64,000 nt of DNA from an uncultured Candidatus Saccharibacteria bacterium (GCA_964641375.1 CAZXMN010000001.1:91464-155463); one strand, 5' to 3'. Positions 1 through 10,468 are shown, counted from the first letter of the stretch. Program-made: numbers and translations. Notes: generated by a model not told the origin, from the letters alone.

Positions 1-273
1 AGCAATTGTCGTGTTCTTAAGCTCAACATCAATCATATTACGTTTAGCCCTGGCGACAGCTTTTTGTACTGCTGTCATAACTTCGTTACCTTTGTCGATG
101 CCAACGCCAACTCTACCGCTCTTGTTACCAACAACGACTGTCGCACGGAATCTCATACGACGTCCGCCCTTTACTACGCGGGTGACACGATCAATCTGGA
201 TTACTCTTTCCTCAAACTCTGGAGTCTCAGGAACTTCTACCATATTCTTTTCTTTGTTGAAATCATCTCTCAT
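1..273 (-). CDS. rpsE: 30S ribosomal protein S5 (5' part; runs off window)
   Basis: Manual translation from ATG at 273: [51 protein letters not shown]; follows rplR. Confidence 0.95.
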   Translation of the reverse strand, partial: MRDDFNKEKNMVEVPETPEFEERVIQIDRVTRVVKGGRRMRFRATVVVGNKSGRVGVGIDKGNEVMTAVQKAVARAKRNMIDVELKNTTIA

Positions 274-281
274 ATTCACTC

Positions 282-626
282 CTAGAATTTAAGACCTTTT
301 GCTCTTGCTGCTTCGGCCAGAGCCTTTACTCGACCATGATATAATTTACCACCTCGGTCGAAAACGACCTCGGTTACTTTTGCCTTCAACGCTTTTTCTG
401 CGATAAGCTCACCGACTTTGGCAGCTCTCTCAGTCTTTGTACCTGTAGCTTTCGCTTCTATTTCAGTTGCGGCTGTCAATGTATGACCAGCAAGATCATC
501 AATAACTTGAGCAGAAATATGTTGATTACTCGTAAATACGGCAAGTCTTGGGCGAGTGGCGGTGCCACTGACCTTGGCTCTGATTCTATTTTGTCTACGC
601 TCTTTTTTCTCAAATCTCTCTAACAT
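282..626 (-). CDS. rplR: 50S ribosomal protein L18
   Basis: [36 protein letters not shown] motifs; spc operon order. Confidence 0.97.
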   Translation of the reverse strand: MLERFEKKERRQNRIRAKVSGTATRPRLAVFTSNQHISAQVIDDLAGHTLTAATEIEAKATGTKTERAAKVGELIAEKALKAKVTEVVFDRGGKLYHGRVKALAEAARAKGLKF

Positions 627-637
627 ATCATGCTCCT

Positions 638-1174
638 TTACTTGCCACCCGTCTTACCAGCTTTGCGTCGAATGTGTTCTGTGACATATTTGACGCCCTT
701 GCCCTTGTAGGGTTCTGGTTTACGAAAGGCACGAATCTCGGCAGAAACTTGCCCGACTTGCTGTTTATCTATTCCTGCAACTGTAACTATATTCTTATCA
801 ACATTTACTGTGATCCCGGTTGGAATCGGATATTCAATAGGGTGTGAGTAGCCAAGCGAAAGGATAAGCTTACTGCCCGAAACACTAGCTCGGTAACCGA
901 TACCGTTGATCTCAAGCTCTTTCTTGAATCCTTCAGAAACACCCTTCACCATATTGGCTATCAGGGTGCGAGTCAAACCGTGAAACTCAGCGGCCTCGAC
1001 GTCTTGAACTGTTTGTTCAACTGTGATAACTCCTTCAGCAATAGCTACCTTCATCTTTGGATTAATTGCCTGAGTTAGTTCGCCTTTTGAGCTTGAAACG
1101 GTCAAAATTCCACTTTCAAGTGTAGCTGTAACGCCGGCTGGTAATGTAATTGGTAATTTTCCTATTCTAGACAT
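638..1174 (-). CDS. rplF: 50S ribosomal protein L6
   Basis: MSRIGKLPI...[11 protein letters not shown]. Confidence 0.98.
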   Translation of the reverse strand: MSRIGKLPITLPAGVTATLESGILTVSSSKGELTQAINPKMKVAIAEGVITVEQTVQDVEAAEFHGLTRTLIANMVKGVSEGFKKELEINGIGYRASVSGSKLILSLGYSHPIEYPIPTGITVNVDKNIVTVAGIDKQQVGQVSAEIRAFRKPEPYKGKGVKYVTEHIRRKAGKTGGK

Positions 1175-1182
1175 AATATCTC

Positions 1183-1560
1183 CTACCAGACCTTACAGAT
1201 TACTTCACCGCCAAGGCCGGCTTTTCGAGCATTTACGCCGCTCATGATACCTTTGGAAGTGGATAAAATAACTAAACCGTGTCCCTGAAGTACAGTTGGA
1301 ATCTCCTTGGCTCCGGCATAAACTCTGCGGCCAGGCTTGCTGACACGAATAATTTTCTTTATGTCTGTATTTGCAAGACTTACAAGGATAGTGGCACCAT
1401 TGTTTTCGAGTGTATATTCCCCAACATAACCTTCGGCTGCAAGTACCTTGAGTACCTCAACTTTCAGTTTGGAAGCAGGAATAACAACGCTAGTTCTCTT
1501 GGCGAGACGAGCATTTCTGATTCTTGTTAGCATATCTGCTATTGGATCTGTTATTGCCAT
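1183..1560 (-). CDS. rpsH: 30S ribosomal protein S8
   Basis: [30 protein letters not shown]. Confidence 0.97.
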   Translation of the reverse strand: MAITDPIADMLTRIRNARLAKRTSVVIPASKLKVEVLKVLAAEGYVGEYTLENNGATILVSLANTDIKKIIRVSKPGRRVYAGAKEIPTVLQGHGLVILSTSKGIMSGVNARKAGLGGEVICKVW

Positions 1561-1570
1561 ATGTTACTCC

Positions 1571-1756
1571 TTACCAACTTGACTTAGTTACGCCTGGAAT
1601 TTCACCCTTGTTTGCTAGTTCCCGAAAACAGATTCGGCACATATCAAACTTACGCAAATAACCGTGCTGTCGACCACAGACGTTACATCTAGTTACTGTG
1701 CGGGTGGAAAACTTTGGTTTTCTTTTTGCTTTTACGATTAATGATGTTTTTGCCAT
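1571..1756 (-). CDS. rpsN: 30S ribosomal protein S14, short Zn-binding type Z
   Basis: 61 aa, CNVCGR...[20 protein letters not shown]. Confidence 0.97.
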   Translation of the reverse strand: MAKTSLIVKAKRKPKFSTRTVTRCNVCGRQHGYLRKFDMCRICFRELANKGEIPGVTKSSW

Positions 1757-1764
1757 GTTATCCT

Positions 1765-2304
1765 CTAACCCTTAAAAGGGAAACCGAGATGTGTTAATAA
1801 TGCTTTTGCTTGTTCGTCATTTTTTGCTGTTGTACTTATATTGACCTGCAGTCCGAATGGTTCGCTCGCCTCTTCGAAAGAAATTTCCGGGAAAACACCG
1901 TGTTCACGGATACCGAGCGAATAATTGCCGTGCCCGTCGAAAGCGTCTTTCTTGATTCCACGGAAGTCACGGACTCGTGGTAGCGCGACATTGACTAAAC
2001 GATCAAGAAATTCGTACATCATGACCCCACGAAGTGTGACAGAAGCGCCGATAACCATGCCTTCTCTCAATTTGAATCCAGCAATAGATTTCTTAGCTTT
2101 ATTCACTACTGGTGCCTGCCCAGTGATTTTGGCAAGACCCGCAACAACTGCTTCTAGTTTCTTCGCATCTAGACTTGCCCGGCCGACACCTGCATTGACT
2201 ACTACTTTACTAATCTTTGGCACTTGATGGACGTTAGTGAAACCAAACTCCTTTGTGAGTTCAGTGGCCACTGTTTTCTGATAAAAATCTTTCATTCTTG
2301 CCAT
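1765..2304 (-). CDS. rplE: 50S ribosomal protein L5
   Basis: [23 protein letters not shown]; start set at MARMK after GGAG. Confidence 0.97.
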   Translation of the reverse strand: MARMKDFYQKTVATELTKEFGFTNVHQVPKISKVVVNAGVGRASLDAKKLEAVVAGLAKITGQAPVVNKAKKSIAGFKLREGMVIGASVTLRGVMMYEFLDRLVNVALPRVRDFRGIKKDAFDGHGNYSLGIREHGVFPEISFEEASEPFGLQVNISTTAKNDEQAKALLTHLGFPFKG

Positions 2305-2306
2305 CT

Positions 2307-2621
2307 TTACTCCTTCACCGTAGCTGCGCATTTTTTGCAGACTCTGGCTTTTTTGCCATCCTTGGCAACACTATAACCGATTCGGGCCGGTTTACCACAT
2401 TTTGGACAGATAACAGCAACATTCGAAACATCTATCGGTTTTGTAATTTCCATGATGCCGCCCTGAGCATTTTTCTTGCTGGGTTTAACGGCCTTTTTCA
2501 CAATATTTATGCCAGCGACAACCACTTGAGAAGTATTCGTAAGCACACGAGTCACTTCGCCTGATTTGCCGCGATCCTTACCAGCAGTTATATATACTTT
2601 GTCGTTTTTCAAAATCTTCAT
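2307..2621 (-). CDS. rplX: 50S ribosomal protein L24
   Basis: KOW motif KNDKVYITAGKDRGKSG; PIDVSNV; start at MKILK. Confidence 0.96.
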   Translation of the reverse strand: MKILKNDKVYITAGKDRGKSGEVTRVLTNTSQVVVAGINIVKKAVKPSKKNAQGGIMEITKPIDVSNVAVICPKCGKPARIGYSVAKDGKKARVCKKCAATVKE

Positions 2622-2631
2622 AATATCCTCT

Positions 2632-3000
2632 CTACAAAACCTCTGGAGCAAGAGAAACGATCTTCATAAAGTTTTTCTCACGAAGCTCACGAGCCACTGG
2701 CCCGAAAATACGGGTTCCACGAGGCTGATTATTCTTGTCCACTAGCACTACTGCATTATCATCAAATTTGATGGTCGAACCGTCTTTGCGAAGGTAATCT
2801 TTCTTCACACGAACAATAACGGCGCGGATAACTTCTTTTTTCTTTGCATTACCGCCAGGAATAGCAGTCTTTACGGAACAAATGATAATGTCACCCAAGC
2901 TTGCATAACGGCGTTTGGAACCACCAAGAACCTTGATACACATTACTTCTTTGGCACCGGTATTGTCTGCTACTTTTAATCTTGTTTGCATCTGGATCAT
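2632..3000 (-). CDS. rplN: 50S ribosomal protein L14
   Basis: [17 protein letters not shown]...[13 protein letters not shown]. Confidence 0.98.
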   Translation of the reverse strand: MIQMQTRLKVADNTGAKEVMCIKVLGGSKRRYASLGDIIICSVKTAIPGGNAKKKEVIRAVIVRVKKDYLRKDGSTIKFDDNAVVLVDKNNQPRGTRIFGPVARELREKNFMKIVSLAPEVL

Positions 3001-3001
3001 C

Positions 3002-3253
3002 TTATTTCTCCAAATCCTTTGCGGTTAATACTTTCGAGAGATTCCAGCGCTTTGTAGCTGAAAGTGGTCTCGACTCTTCTATCTCTACTATATCTCCAAG
3101 TTTCGCAGTACCCTTCTCGTCATGGGCCTTAAATTTGCTTTCTACCTTGTATTTCTTCTTGTAAATTGGATGTTCTTTCGTTCGCTCTACGAGCACAACT
3201 ATAGTTTTTTCCATTTTGTCAGAAACAACCTTACCTATAAGTGTTCTTTTCAT
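3002..3253 (-). CDS. rpsQ: 30S ribosomal protein S17
   Basis: [30 protein letters not shown]. Confidence 0.97.
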   Translation of the reverse strand: MKRTLIGKVVSDKMEKTIVVLVERTKEHPIYKKKYKVESKFKAHDEKGTAKLGDIVEIEESRPLSATKRWNLSKVLTAKDLEK

Positions 3254-3478
3254 CTATTTGTCTCCCTTTTGGGCTGCTTTTTCGGCCTCAAATATCTCAC
3301 GTTCTCTCAGGATTGTTTTGATACGAGCTGAAAGCTTGCGACTAGCGTTTACTTCACTCACTTTAGTAAGTTCACGGCTAGCGATAGCGAAGCGATCTTT
3401 GATGATTTTGGCTTCTGTCTCGCCGAGCAACTTCGAAAGCGCTTTTGTATCTTTTTCAATCAGTTCTTTAGCTTTCAT
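3254..3478 (-). CDS. rpmC: 50S ribosomal protein L29
   Basis: Position between rplP and rpsQ; MKAKEL...ARIKTILRE. Confidence 0.9.
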   Translation of the reverse strand: MKAKELIEKDTKALSKLLGETEAKIIKDRFAIASRELTKVSEVNASRKLSARIKTILREREIFEAEKAAQKGDK

Positions 3479-3899
3479 CTGTCTCACCTCCGTGATCCTT
3501 AACTATAAATTTGGTCTTTATCGGTAATTTGTGATGAGCGAGACGAAGTGCTTCTTTAGCTACATCTAGTGGCACGCCATCCATTTCAAAGAGGATTCGA
3601 CCCGGCTTCACAACTGCTACAAAATGATCTAGATTACCCTTACCACTACCCATACGAACTTCATTCGGTTTCTTTGTGACAGGTTTGTCAGGAAAAATTC
3701 GGATCCAGATCTTACCGCCACGTTTGACATATCGGGTCATGGCACGGCGAGCAGCTTCAATTTGACGCGCGGTAATCCAAGCAGGTTCCATCGCCTTCAA
3801 GGCATACTTACCAAAATCGACATTAGATCCTCTTGTGGCATTGCCAGTCTGAGGATTTTTCATTGATTTTCTGAATTTTGTTTTCTTAGGCTGTAACAT
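3468..3899 (-). CDS. rplP: 50S ribosomal protein L16
   Basis: [33 protein letters not shown]. Confidence 0.98.
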   Translation of the reverse strand: MLQPKKTKFRKSMKNPQTGNATRGSNVDFGKYALKAMEPAWITARQIEAARRAMTRYVKRGGKIWIRIFPDKPVTKKPNEVRMGSGKGNLDHFVAVVKPGRILFEMDGVPLDVAKEALRLAHHKLPIKTKFIVKDHGGETDES

Positions 3900-4548
3900 C
3901 TGCTACCTCTTTTTTCTTGTTCTCTGCCATACCGTTATATACCCAGACTTTGACACCAAGAATTCCATAAGTTGTCTTCGCTCTACTAGTGGCATAATCG
4001 ATCTGAGCGTTAATTGTAGCTAGAGGAATCTTACCCTTGATTACGAATTCTGAACGAGCGATTTCGGCACCGTTGAGACGTCCGCCAACCATGATTTTAA
4101 TACCTTTTACTCCAGCTTTTTGAGCCTTTTCAACAGCTTGACGAGTGGCACGCTTGAAAGCGATACGACGTTCGAGTTGCTGAGCGACATTGTCTGCAAT
4201 AATCTGGGCGTTCCCATCAGGGTTTTTTACTTCAAAAACGTTGATATCTTTTATCTTACCAGTCGTAAGCTTTGCAAGCTTAGCTTTTAGTTCAGTTGCT
4301 CCTGCACCACCACGACCAATAACAACACCCGGCTTTGCAGTATTGATAGTTACACTAACTTGGTTAGCATTACGCTCAATTTCTACATTAGCGATACCGG
4401 CACGCATACCAAGATCGTTTAGAATGAACTTACGGATTTTGAGATCCTCATGTAATTGCTTAGCATAATCCTTACCGGCAAACCAACGAGAGGACCAGTT
4501 TTTGTTTACTTGAAGACGGAAACTGATTGGACTAACTTTATGACCCAT
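3886..4548 (-). CDS. rpsC: 30S ribosomal protein S3
   Basis: [29 protein letters not shown]. Confidence 0.98.
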   Translation of the reverse strand: MGHKVSPISFRLQVNKNWSSRWFAGKDYAKQLHEDLKIRKFILNDLGMRAGIANVEIERNANQVSVTINTAKPGVVIGRGGAGATELKAKLAKLTTGKIKDINVFEVKNPDGNAQIIADNVAQQLERRIAFKRATRQAVEKAQKAGVKGIKIMVGGRLNGAEIARSEFVIKGKIPLATINAQIDYATSRAKTTYGILGVKVWVYNGMAENKKKEVADVTA

Positions 4549-4928
4549 TATTTGGCCTCCTCTTTCTTCTCTTCTACTTTTGCCTTTTTCTTCGGCTCAG
4601 CAGCAGAAACAACGACCGTAATGTGACTTGTTCTCTTGAGTAGAGCAGAAGCCATACCGCGGGAGCGTGGTCTAAAGCGCTTTAGGCTTGGACCTTTGTC
4701 AACGGTGATTGAACTAATAACTAAATCTTCTTTTGCAAGACCGGCATTGTTAACGGCATTTGATACAGCAGAGTTAAGGGCTTTATAAATAATCCCAGCG
4801 GCTTTTTTGGGCATAAATCTGAGGGTAGCAAGTGCATTCACTGCCTTTTCACCACGAACTACATCAGCGACTAGTCTTGCCTTCTTGGGTGAAATCCTAA
4901 TATATTTTTCTACTGCCTTAACTTCCAT
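4548..4928 (-). CDS. rplV: 50S ribosomal protein L22
   Basis: RISPKKARLVAD, KRFRPRSRG, KRTSHITVVV. Confidence 0.98.
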   Translation of the reverse strand: MEVKAVEKYIRISPKKARLVADVVRGEKAVNALATLRFMPKKAAGIIYKALNSAVSNAVNNAGLAKEDLVISSITVDKGPSLKRFRPRSRGMASALLKRTSHITVVVSAAEPKKKAKVEEKKEEAK

Positions 4929-4929
4929 G

Positions 4930-5202
4930 CTACTTGCCTGCCTTTGCTAATTTACCACCATGACTTCTGAATTTTCTGGTTGCCGAAAATTCACCGAGTT
5001 TGTGACCTACCATGTTTTCGGTAACGAAGACTGGAATGTGATCTTTGCCATTATGAACAGCAAAAGTGTGACTAACCATTTCTGGTGTAATTGTGGCTTC
5101 ACGAGCCCAGGTTTTGATAACCTTTTTCTCTGCCCCAAGTTTTGCAACTTTATTCAGCAAACGCTCGTCAATATATGGACCTTTTTTAAGTGATCTTGAC
5201 AT
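4930..5202 (-). CDS. rpsS: 30S ribosomal protein S19
   Basis: [19 protein letters not shown]. Confidence 0.98.
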   Translation of the reverse strand: MSRSLKKGPYIDERLLNKVAKLGAEKKVIKTWAREATITPEMVSHTFAVHNGKDHIPVFVTENMVGHKLGEFSATRKFRSHGGKLAKAGK

Positions 5203-5211
5203 ACCTGTCTC

Positions 5212-6051
5212 CTACCTTCGACCCTTCTTACGGGCTTTAACAATATATTTGCCGGATAATTTCTTCTTGTCTCTAGTTTTTTTACCGAGAGCTGGCTTAC
5301 CCCAAGGAGTTTTTGGTCCTGAAGCAAGAGCAATCGATGTACCGCCTTCACCACCACCGTGAGGATGGTCGACTGGGTTCATAGCCTTACCGCGAACGGT
5401 AGGTCGAATGCCCATATGACGTTTACGTCCAGCGCTACCAACCTTGATATTACTGTGTTCAGGGTTTGAAACAACACCGATTGATGCTAGGCAATTTTCA
5501 CTGACCAAACGAATTTCACCAGACGGTAATTTGACTTGAATCATACCGCCTTCTTTAGCTACCAGTTGCGCCTTAGTACCAGCCGAACGAGCGAGTTGAG
5601 CACCTTTACCAGGTTCGAGCTCGATAGCATAGATAATTGTACCAACTGGGATGTCAGCTAGACGTTTTCTGTTACCATTACGGATTTCCGCTTCTTCACC
5701 ATATGCAATTTTATCATCAACTTTGGCTCCTGTTGGAGCTAAAATGTAAGATTGTGTGCCGTCGGCCGTTGCAACGAGAGCAATACGAGCAGAACGATTT
5801 GGATCATATTCAATAGAAGCAACTGTGACTGTCTGATTGCCAAGCATTTTGAAGTCAACAAGACGATATTGGCGTTTCGCGCCTCCACCACGATGTCGGA
5901 TAGTAATCTTACCCTGAGCATTACGTCCAGCTTTTCGTTTAATGAAAGTCGTGAGCGATTTGACTGGTTTTTTGCTAGTTATGTCAGCAAAATCATCTAC
6001 AGACATCCCACGTCTAGCGTTGCTAATTGGTTTAAGTAGTTTTATCGCCAT
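5212..6051 (-). CDS. rplB: 50S ribosomal protein L2
   Basis: RHRGGG, EYDPNRSARIAL, MNPVDHPHGGGEG. Confidence 0.99.
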   Translation of the reverse strand: MAIKLLKPISNARRGMSVDDFADITSKKPVKSLTTFIKRKAGRNAQGKITIRHRGGGAKRQYRLVDFKMLGNQTVTVASIEYDPNRSARIALVATADGTQSYILAPTGAKVDDKIAYGEEAEIRNGNRKRLADIPVGTIIYAIELEPGKGAQLARSAGTKAQLVAKEGGMIQVKLPSGEIRLVSENCLASIGVVSNPEHSNIKVGSAGRKRHMGIRPTVRGKAMNPVDHPHGGGEGGTSIALASGPKTPWGKPALGKKTRDKKKLSGKYIVKARKKGRR

Positions 6052-6053
6052 CT

Positions 6054-6338
6054 CTAAATTCCCTTAAAATCTTCAATCGTTTCACCGGTTTTCACTGTAA
6101 CGACTGCTTTTTTGTAATCTTTGCGTTTGCCGAAAATCTTACCGAAACGTTTTACCTTACCTTTTACGATAAGCGTATGGACACTGATAACGTGAACTTT
6201 GAAGGCCATTTCGACGGCTTTTTTAATCTCAGTTTTGGTAGCCTTTGGATTCACTTGGAAAACATACTTACCGTTATCGGCGCTAGCAAAACTCTTCTCG
6301 GAAATAACTGGTTGTTTAAGTACTCTCAAAAGTTCCAT
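6054..6338 (-). CDS. rplW: 50S ribosomal protein L23
   Basis: PVISEKS, KATKTEIKKAVE, YKKAVVT; ATG overlaps rplD stop. Confidence 0.96.
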   Translation of the reverse strand: MELLRVLKQPVISEKSFASADNGKYVFQVNPKATKTEIKKAVEMAFKVHVISVHTLIVKGKVKRFGKIFGKRKDYKKAVVTVKTGETIEDFKGI

Positions 6339-6952
6339 TACTTTGTCTCCCAATATTTGTTAGCGAGTTCCAAAGCATTTCCGACGAATACCAGCTTTTC
6401 TGCTTCAAGAACATCATATACATTCAAATTACGATAGTCACAAACCTTGATTCCAGGAACGTTACGAGTAACTAGAATGTGGTTCTCTGTCAGAGCCGGG
6501 AAGATAAAAAGTGATTTTCGACTCTCAAGCTTGGCGTACATCTTGGCAAAATCCTTTGTTTTGGTCGTGACTAAATCTTCCAAAATAATAAAACTATCTT
6601 TCTTGGTTGCTAGAGCCGACAGAATGGCGCCACGATTTTTCTTCTTGATAATAGTGCGAGCGAAATTTTGAATACCTGTTGGACCAAAAATGGCACCGCC
6701 GCCACGCCACAGTGGATTACGGATAGAACCAGAACGCGCACGTCCTGTACCCTTCTGTTTATAAGGTTTTTTGCCACCACCAGAAACTTCAGCACGTGTC
6801 TTGGCCTTAGCAGCTGCTTCCCTGCGATTAGCAAGCTGAGCGACCACAACTTCATGAATGAGTGCTGGATTTACTACTTGATCAAAAAGCGTGACCTTCT
6901 GATCGATGGCTTCTTTTTTCTCTCCAGTTTTCGAATATACTGCTATTTTCAT
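6338..6952 (-). CDS. rplD: 50S ribosomal protein L4
   Basis: KTRAEVSGGGKKPYKQKGTGRARSGSIRNPLWRGGG. Confidence 0.98.
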   Translation of the reverse strand: MKIAVYSKTGEKKEAIDQKVTLFDQVVNPALIHEVVVAQLANRREAAAKAKTRAEVSGGGKKPYKQKGTGRARSGSIRNPLWRGGGAIFGPTGIQNFARTIIKKKNRGAILSALATKKDSFIILEDLVTTKTKDFAKMYAKLESRKSLFIFPALTENHILVTRNVPGIKVCDYRNLNVYDVLEAEKLVFVGNALELANKYWETK

Positions 6953-6953
6953 A

Positions 6954-7580
6954 CTAACCTCTCACCACAACTACTGATTTACGTGGACCAGGAACGGCAC
7001 CACGGATTGCGATAGTTCCATTTGTTGTATCAACTTTGACAACTTTTAGATTTTTCACAGTCACTTGCTCAGCACCCATATGGCCAGCCATATGCATACC
7101 CTTCATGACATGTTCCGGATAACCAGCGCCGATAGAACCAGGTGCACGATAATTATGTGAACCATGAGTCTTTGGACCAGTTGTGAAGTTGTGACGTTTG
7201 ATTGTTCCGGCGAAACCCTTACCTTTTGAAGTACCAGTTACCTGGACTAAATCACCTTCAGTAAAGATATCAACTGTCAATTTGTCACCGACTTTGTAAC
7301 TTTTTGCCTCTTCGCCTTCGACTTCGACTTCTTCGTTGAGGTTAAATTCACGAAAAACCTTGGCAGCTACTCCAGCTGCTTTGGTGTGACCGGCCATTGG
7401 CTTGTTAATATTCTTGTCCAAGCCGAAGCCGAGCTGCACGGCACTATAACCGTCTTTCCCTACCGTCTTAACTTGAACAACAGTACACGGACCAATCTCG
7501 AGGACGGTCACCGGTACCACATTCCCCTTCTCATCGAAGAGGTGGGTCATTCCGATTTTCTTACCTAGAAGTGCCTTCAT
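6954..7580 (-). CDS. rplC: 50S ribosomal protein L3
   Basis: LGKKIGMT, GTSKGKGFAGTIKRHNF, GAVPGP. Confidence 0.98.
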   Translation of the reverse strand: MKALLGKKIGMTHLFDEKGNVVPVTVLEIGPCTVVQVKTVGKDGYSAVQLGFGLDKNINKPMAGHTKAAGVAAKVFREFNLNEEVEVEGEEAKSYKVGDKLTVDIFTEGDLVQVTGTSKGKGFAGTIKRHNFTTGPKTHGSHNYRAPGSIGAGYPEHVMKGMHMAGHMGAEQVTVKNLKVVKVDTTNGTIAIRGAVPGPRKSVVVVRG

Positions 7581-7692
7581 TGTTCACCTTTTTTAACACA
7601 ATAAAATATATTTCGACAGATAGACAGTTTCCATTTCTAGACTATTCTATCCCCCGACGCGTGCTTGTTTATACTTAATTAACGCATGAAAT

Positions 7693-7721
7693 ATTATATA
7701 GAAATTCAGAGAGAATGTCAA
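7693..7721 (-). promoter_or_regulatory. Consensus sigma70 promoter for rplC operon
   Basis: Minus strand TTGACA-17 nt-TATAAT about 110 nt upstream of the rplC ATG. Confidence 0.8.
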
Positions 7722-7743
7722 CGATTTTGTGTGTAAAACGTAA

Positions 7744-7775
7744 GAGGACCGACTACCCGTAGGTAATTGGTCCTC
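7744..7775 (-). terminator. Hairpin with cUACGg tetraloop at 3' end of orphan cassette
   Basis: gaggaccaattacc-tacg-ggtagtcggtcctc followed by ttacgtttt on minus strand. Confidence 0.6.
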
Positions 7776-7803
7776 AGAACGTCGAAAGTGGTACTTACAG
7801 AAG

Positions 7804-8169
7804 TTACTTGATCTCTTCGTCCGGAACGAACATCGTGATCGCGACGTTGGCCAGCCGCTTGTGCTGGCAGTCGTATTCGTTCGCGACGAAGTCGTAGATC
7901 GGTCCGATCCCCTTCTTGAGAGGCTGGATCGATACGCCGTAACCGCCCTTCATGCCCACCACGCGAGCTTGACCAGGTTCCTCCATGAAACCATGGTCCA
8001 GAAGCCATGCTGTGCCATGCTCGGTGAGCTCCTGACGGAACTTCTCACCGTTCTTGTCGTCGCGCACCGCATCGGTCTCGATGCAAGTGTCGCCGATCTT
8101 GCTCTCGACGCCTGAGCTTTCGAGCTCGGCCCCAAGCGCACGGATGGTTCTCTCATTGAGATCAGGCAT
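7804..8169 (-). CDS. Hypothetical protein (GC-rich orphan, 121 aa)
   Basis: ORF with own promoter, G-rich SD and downstream hairpin; no recognisable family. Confidence 0.7.
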   Translation of the reverse strand: MPDLNERTIRALGAELESSGVESKIGDTCIETDAVRDDKNGEKFRQELTEHGTAWLLDHGFMEEPGQARVVGMKGGYGVSIQPLKKGIGPIYDFVANEYDCQHKRLANVAITMFVPDEEIK

Positions 8170-8227
8170 TACCTGTTGTGCCCCCTTTTCGATTGTCGAC
8201 GTTCATGTCTACTCTTGTAGACACTAA

Positions 8228-8256
8228 AATATAACATTTTTATGTCTATTTGTCAA
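8228..8256 (-). promoter_or_regulatory. sigma70 promoter of orphan ORF 7804-8169
   Basis: TTGACA-17-TATATT on minus strand. Confidence 0.7.
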
Positions 8257-8275
8257 TATAAAGTAAGTAGATACC

Positions 8276-8301
8276 AAAAGAGCCCCTTTCGGGGCTCTTT
8301 T
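8276..8301 (-). terminator. Intrinsic terminator after rpsJ
   Basis: aaaagagcccc-tttc-ggggctctttt, bidirectional. Confidence 0.85.
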
Positions 8302-8318
8302 ATCTAGCCTTACGGCTA

Positions 8319-8639
8319 TTACATCTTGATTTCGATATCTACACCGGCTGGTAGTGAAAGACTCATGAGTGAATCCACAGTCTTGGCAGAGAAATCTGTG
8401 ATGTCGATTAGTCTCTTGTGCACTCTCATTTCGAATTGCTCACGTGAGTTCTTGTCAATGAAGCTTGCGCGCTGTACAGTAATCGGCGTGCGATCAGTAG
8501 GAAGTGGGATTGGACCCGCTACCTTGGCACCGCTGCGGACTGCTGTTTCGATAATCTGAGCCGTGGACTGATCGATAATCTTGTTATCGTAAGCCTTGAG
8601 CTTAATGCGGATTCTTTGTTTGTCTTTAGTTTCAGCCAT
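8319..8639 (-). CDS. rpsJ: 30S ribosomal protein S10
   Basis: [33 protein letters not shown]. Confidence 0.98.
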   Translation of the reverse strand: MAETKDKQRIRIKLKAYDNKIIDQSTAQIIETAVRSGAKVAGPIPLPTDRTPITVQRASFIDKNSREQFEMRVHKRLIDITDFSAKTVDSLMSLSLPAGVDIEIKM

Positions 8640-8658
8640 AGTTTCTTTCTAAATCCGA

Positions 8659-9834
8659 TTATTTATTGATTTTGGTTACTGCACCAGCACCAACTGTACG
8701 GCCACCTTCACGAATAGCGAAGCGAAGACCTTCTTCGATAGCGATTGGCTGAATAAGTTTAACCTTCATTTTGACGTCATCACCAGGCATAACCATTTCG
8801 CCGTCAAATTCGATTTCGCCAGTTACGTCAGTCGTACGGATGTAGAACTGAGGCTTATAGCCCTTGAAGAAAGGCGTATGACGACCACCCTCGTCCTTGG
8901 TCAAGACATAGACTTGAGCGTCGAACTCGGTGTGAGGTGTGATAGAGCCTGGCTTAGCCAGAACCATACCACGTTCAATGTCGGCTTTTTCAATACCGCG
9001 GAGTAACAGACCAGCATTGTCGCCAGCTTGACCTTGCTCAAGTTGTTTCTTGAACATTTCAATACCGGTAACGACCGTCTTGCGAGTAGGTTTAATACCA
9101 ACAATTTCAACTTCATCGTTAAGTTTCACAGTACCACGAGCGATAGCGCCGGTAGCAACCGTTCCACGTCCCTTGATGCTGAAAACGTCTTCAACAGGCA
9201 TAAGGAATGGCTTGTCGATGTCGCGAACTGGATCTGGAATATAGTTATCAAGTGCGTCCATAAGTTCTGTGATGGCACCAACATACTTCTCGTCACCTTC
9301 AAGAGCCTTGAGAGCTGAACCACGAATAATAGGAGTGTTATCTCCGTCAAATTCGTATTTAGTCAAAAGCTCACGAATTTCCATCTCAACGAGATCAAGC
9401 ATTTCAGCATCATCAACCATATCAACTTTGTTCATGAAAACAACGATTTTTGGTACACCAACTTGCTTAGCGAGTAGGATGTGCTCACGAGTCTGAGGCA
9501 TAGGACCGTCAGTGGCAGCAACTACAAGAATAGCGCCGTCCATCTGAGCAGCACCGGTAATCATGTTTTTGACGTAGTCAGCATGTCCTGGGCAGTCGAC
9601 ATGGGCGTAGTGACGCTTCTCTGTCTCATACTCAGAGTGGTGAGTAGCGATGGTAATACCGCGCTCTCTCTCTTCTGGAGCGTTGTCAATTTCGTCAAAC
9701 TTCTCAACCTTAGCCATACCTTTCTTGCCCTGAACAGCAAGAATAGCAGCGGTTAGAGTCGTTTTACCATGGTCAACGTGTCCAATTGTACCGACGTTTA
9801 CATGGGGTTTTGTTCTCTGATAAACTTCAGCCAT
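8659..9834 (-). CDS. tuf: Elongation factor Tu
   Basis: [40 protein letters not shown]; start at MAEVY. Confidence 0.99.
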   Translation of the reverse strand: MAEVYQRTKPHVNVGTIGHVDHGKTTLTAAILAVQGKKGMAKVEKFDEIDNAPEERERGITIATHHSEYETEKRHYAHVDCPGHADYVKNMITGAAQMDGAILVVAATDGPMPQTREHILLAKQVGVPKIVVFMNKVDMVDDAEMLDLVEMEIRELLTKYEFDGDNTPIIRGSALKALEGDEKYVGAITELMDALDNYIPDPVRDIDKPFLMPVEDVFSIKGRGTVATGAIARGTVKLNDEVEIVGIKPTRKTVVTGIEMFKKQLEQGQAGDNAGLLLRGIEKADIERGMVLAKPGSITPHTEFDAQVYVLTKDEGGRHTPFFKGYKPQFYIRTTDVTGEIEFDGEMVMPGDDVKMKVKLIQPIAIEEGLRFAIREGGRTVGAGAVTKINK

Positions 9835-9927
9835 TTTGTTCCCTTCTTTTATCTTTTTAACTTTTCTTTGACAATCCAAACCCTCCACACGCTTGGCGCG
9901 GAGAAAATGTATTTAGTTTGCCTACGA

Positions 9928-9956
9928 ATTCTACTATAAATTACTACTTTGTGCAA
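9928..9956 (-). promoter_or_regulatory. Putative sigma70 promoter of tuf-rpsJ
   Basis: TTGCAC-17-TAGAAT on minus strand. Confidence 0.6.
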
Positions 9957-10012
9957 TAGTTTTGATAAACGAAAAGGCCACGTACCCGCCTAGTCGTCTG
10001 CTTTCACAGAAC

Positions 10013-10261
10013 TTGCGTGTTCGTGACCCTACTGGTTGCTCTCGGAGCCAGAGATGGCTTCGTCGTAACGACGAAGATTCTCCTTACGATCGTGATCCTC
10101 CTCTGCCCGCCGACGACCTTCAGTGAGACCGGTGCGGAAAACCGTTCCGACAAGAACGAATACGAGGAGTACCAGCGCCAGAATCGAGAAGACTATCGCC
10201 CAAACTGCAAGACTCACAGAACTACCCCCCTCGAGAAAAATTGCGTGTTCGTGGCCCTACT
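10013..10261. repeat. 21-bp direct repeat pair (10013-10033 and 10241-10261)
   Basis: ttgcgtgttcgtgaccctact vs ttgcgtgttcgtggccctact (1 mismatch). Confidence 0.9.
10029..10217 (-). CDS. Small single-TM hypothetical protein (62 aa)
   Basis: GTG start after a G-run SD; N-terminal hydrophobic helix and charged tail. Confidence 0.65.
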   Translation of the reverse strand: MSLAVWAIVFSILALVLLVFVLVGTVFRTGLTEGRRRAEEDHDRKENLRRYDEAISGSESNQ

Positions 10262-10416
10262 CAGTCGTCATGGGAGTAGCTGAGTTTGACCTCTTCCTCG
10301 GCGTTGAACCTCCTGACTCTCTTAGAGAAGATCACCAAAATGTTCACGGCGAGGTAGACCAAGAGTCCGATGATTACCGCTAAAACCTCATAAATGAAAC
10401 AGCCAATCCGTTTCAT
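10261..10416 (-). CDS. Small single-TM hypothetical protein (51 aa)
   Basis: GGGAGG SD then MKRIGCFIYEVLAVIIGLLVYLAVNILVIFSKRVRRF... Confidence 0.6.
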   Translation of the reverse strand: MKRIGCFIYEVLAVIIGLLVYLAVNILVIFSKRVRRFNAEEEVKLSYSHDD

Positions 10417-10468
10417 CGTTCCTCCCATTTCATTTAAAGAGTTCAGTAGCGGCTCTGCATTGAGGATT

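Noticed and set aside
1571-2621. Zn-ribbon cysteines in S14 and L24
   Set aside because: These are well-known C+ variants, not novel
10013-10261. Direct repeat as a CRISPR array or integron attC
   Set aside because: Only two copies 228 bp apart with an ORF between them; no RYYYAAC/GTTRRRY boxes and no cas or intI genes
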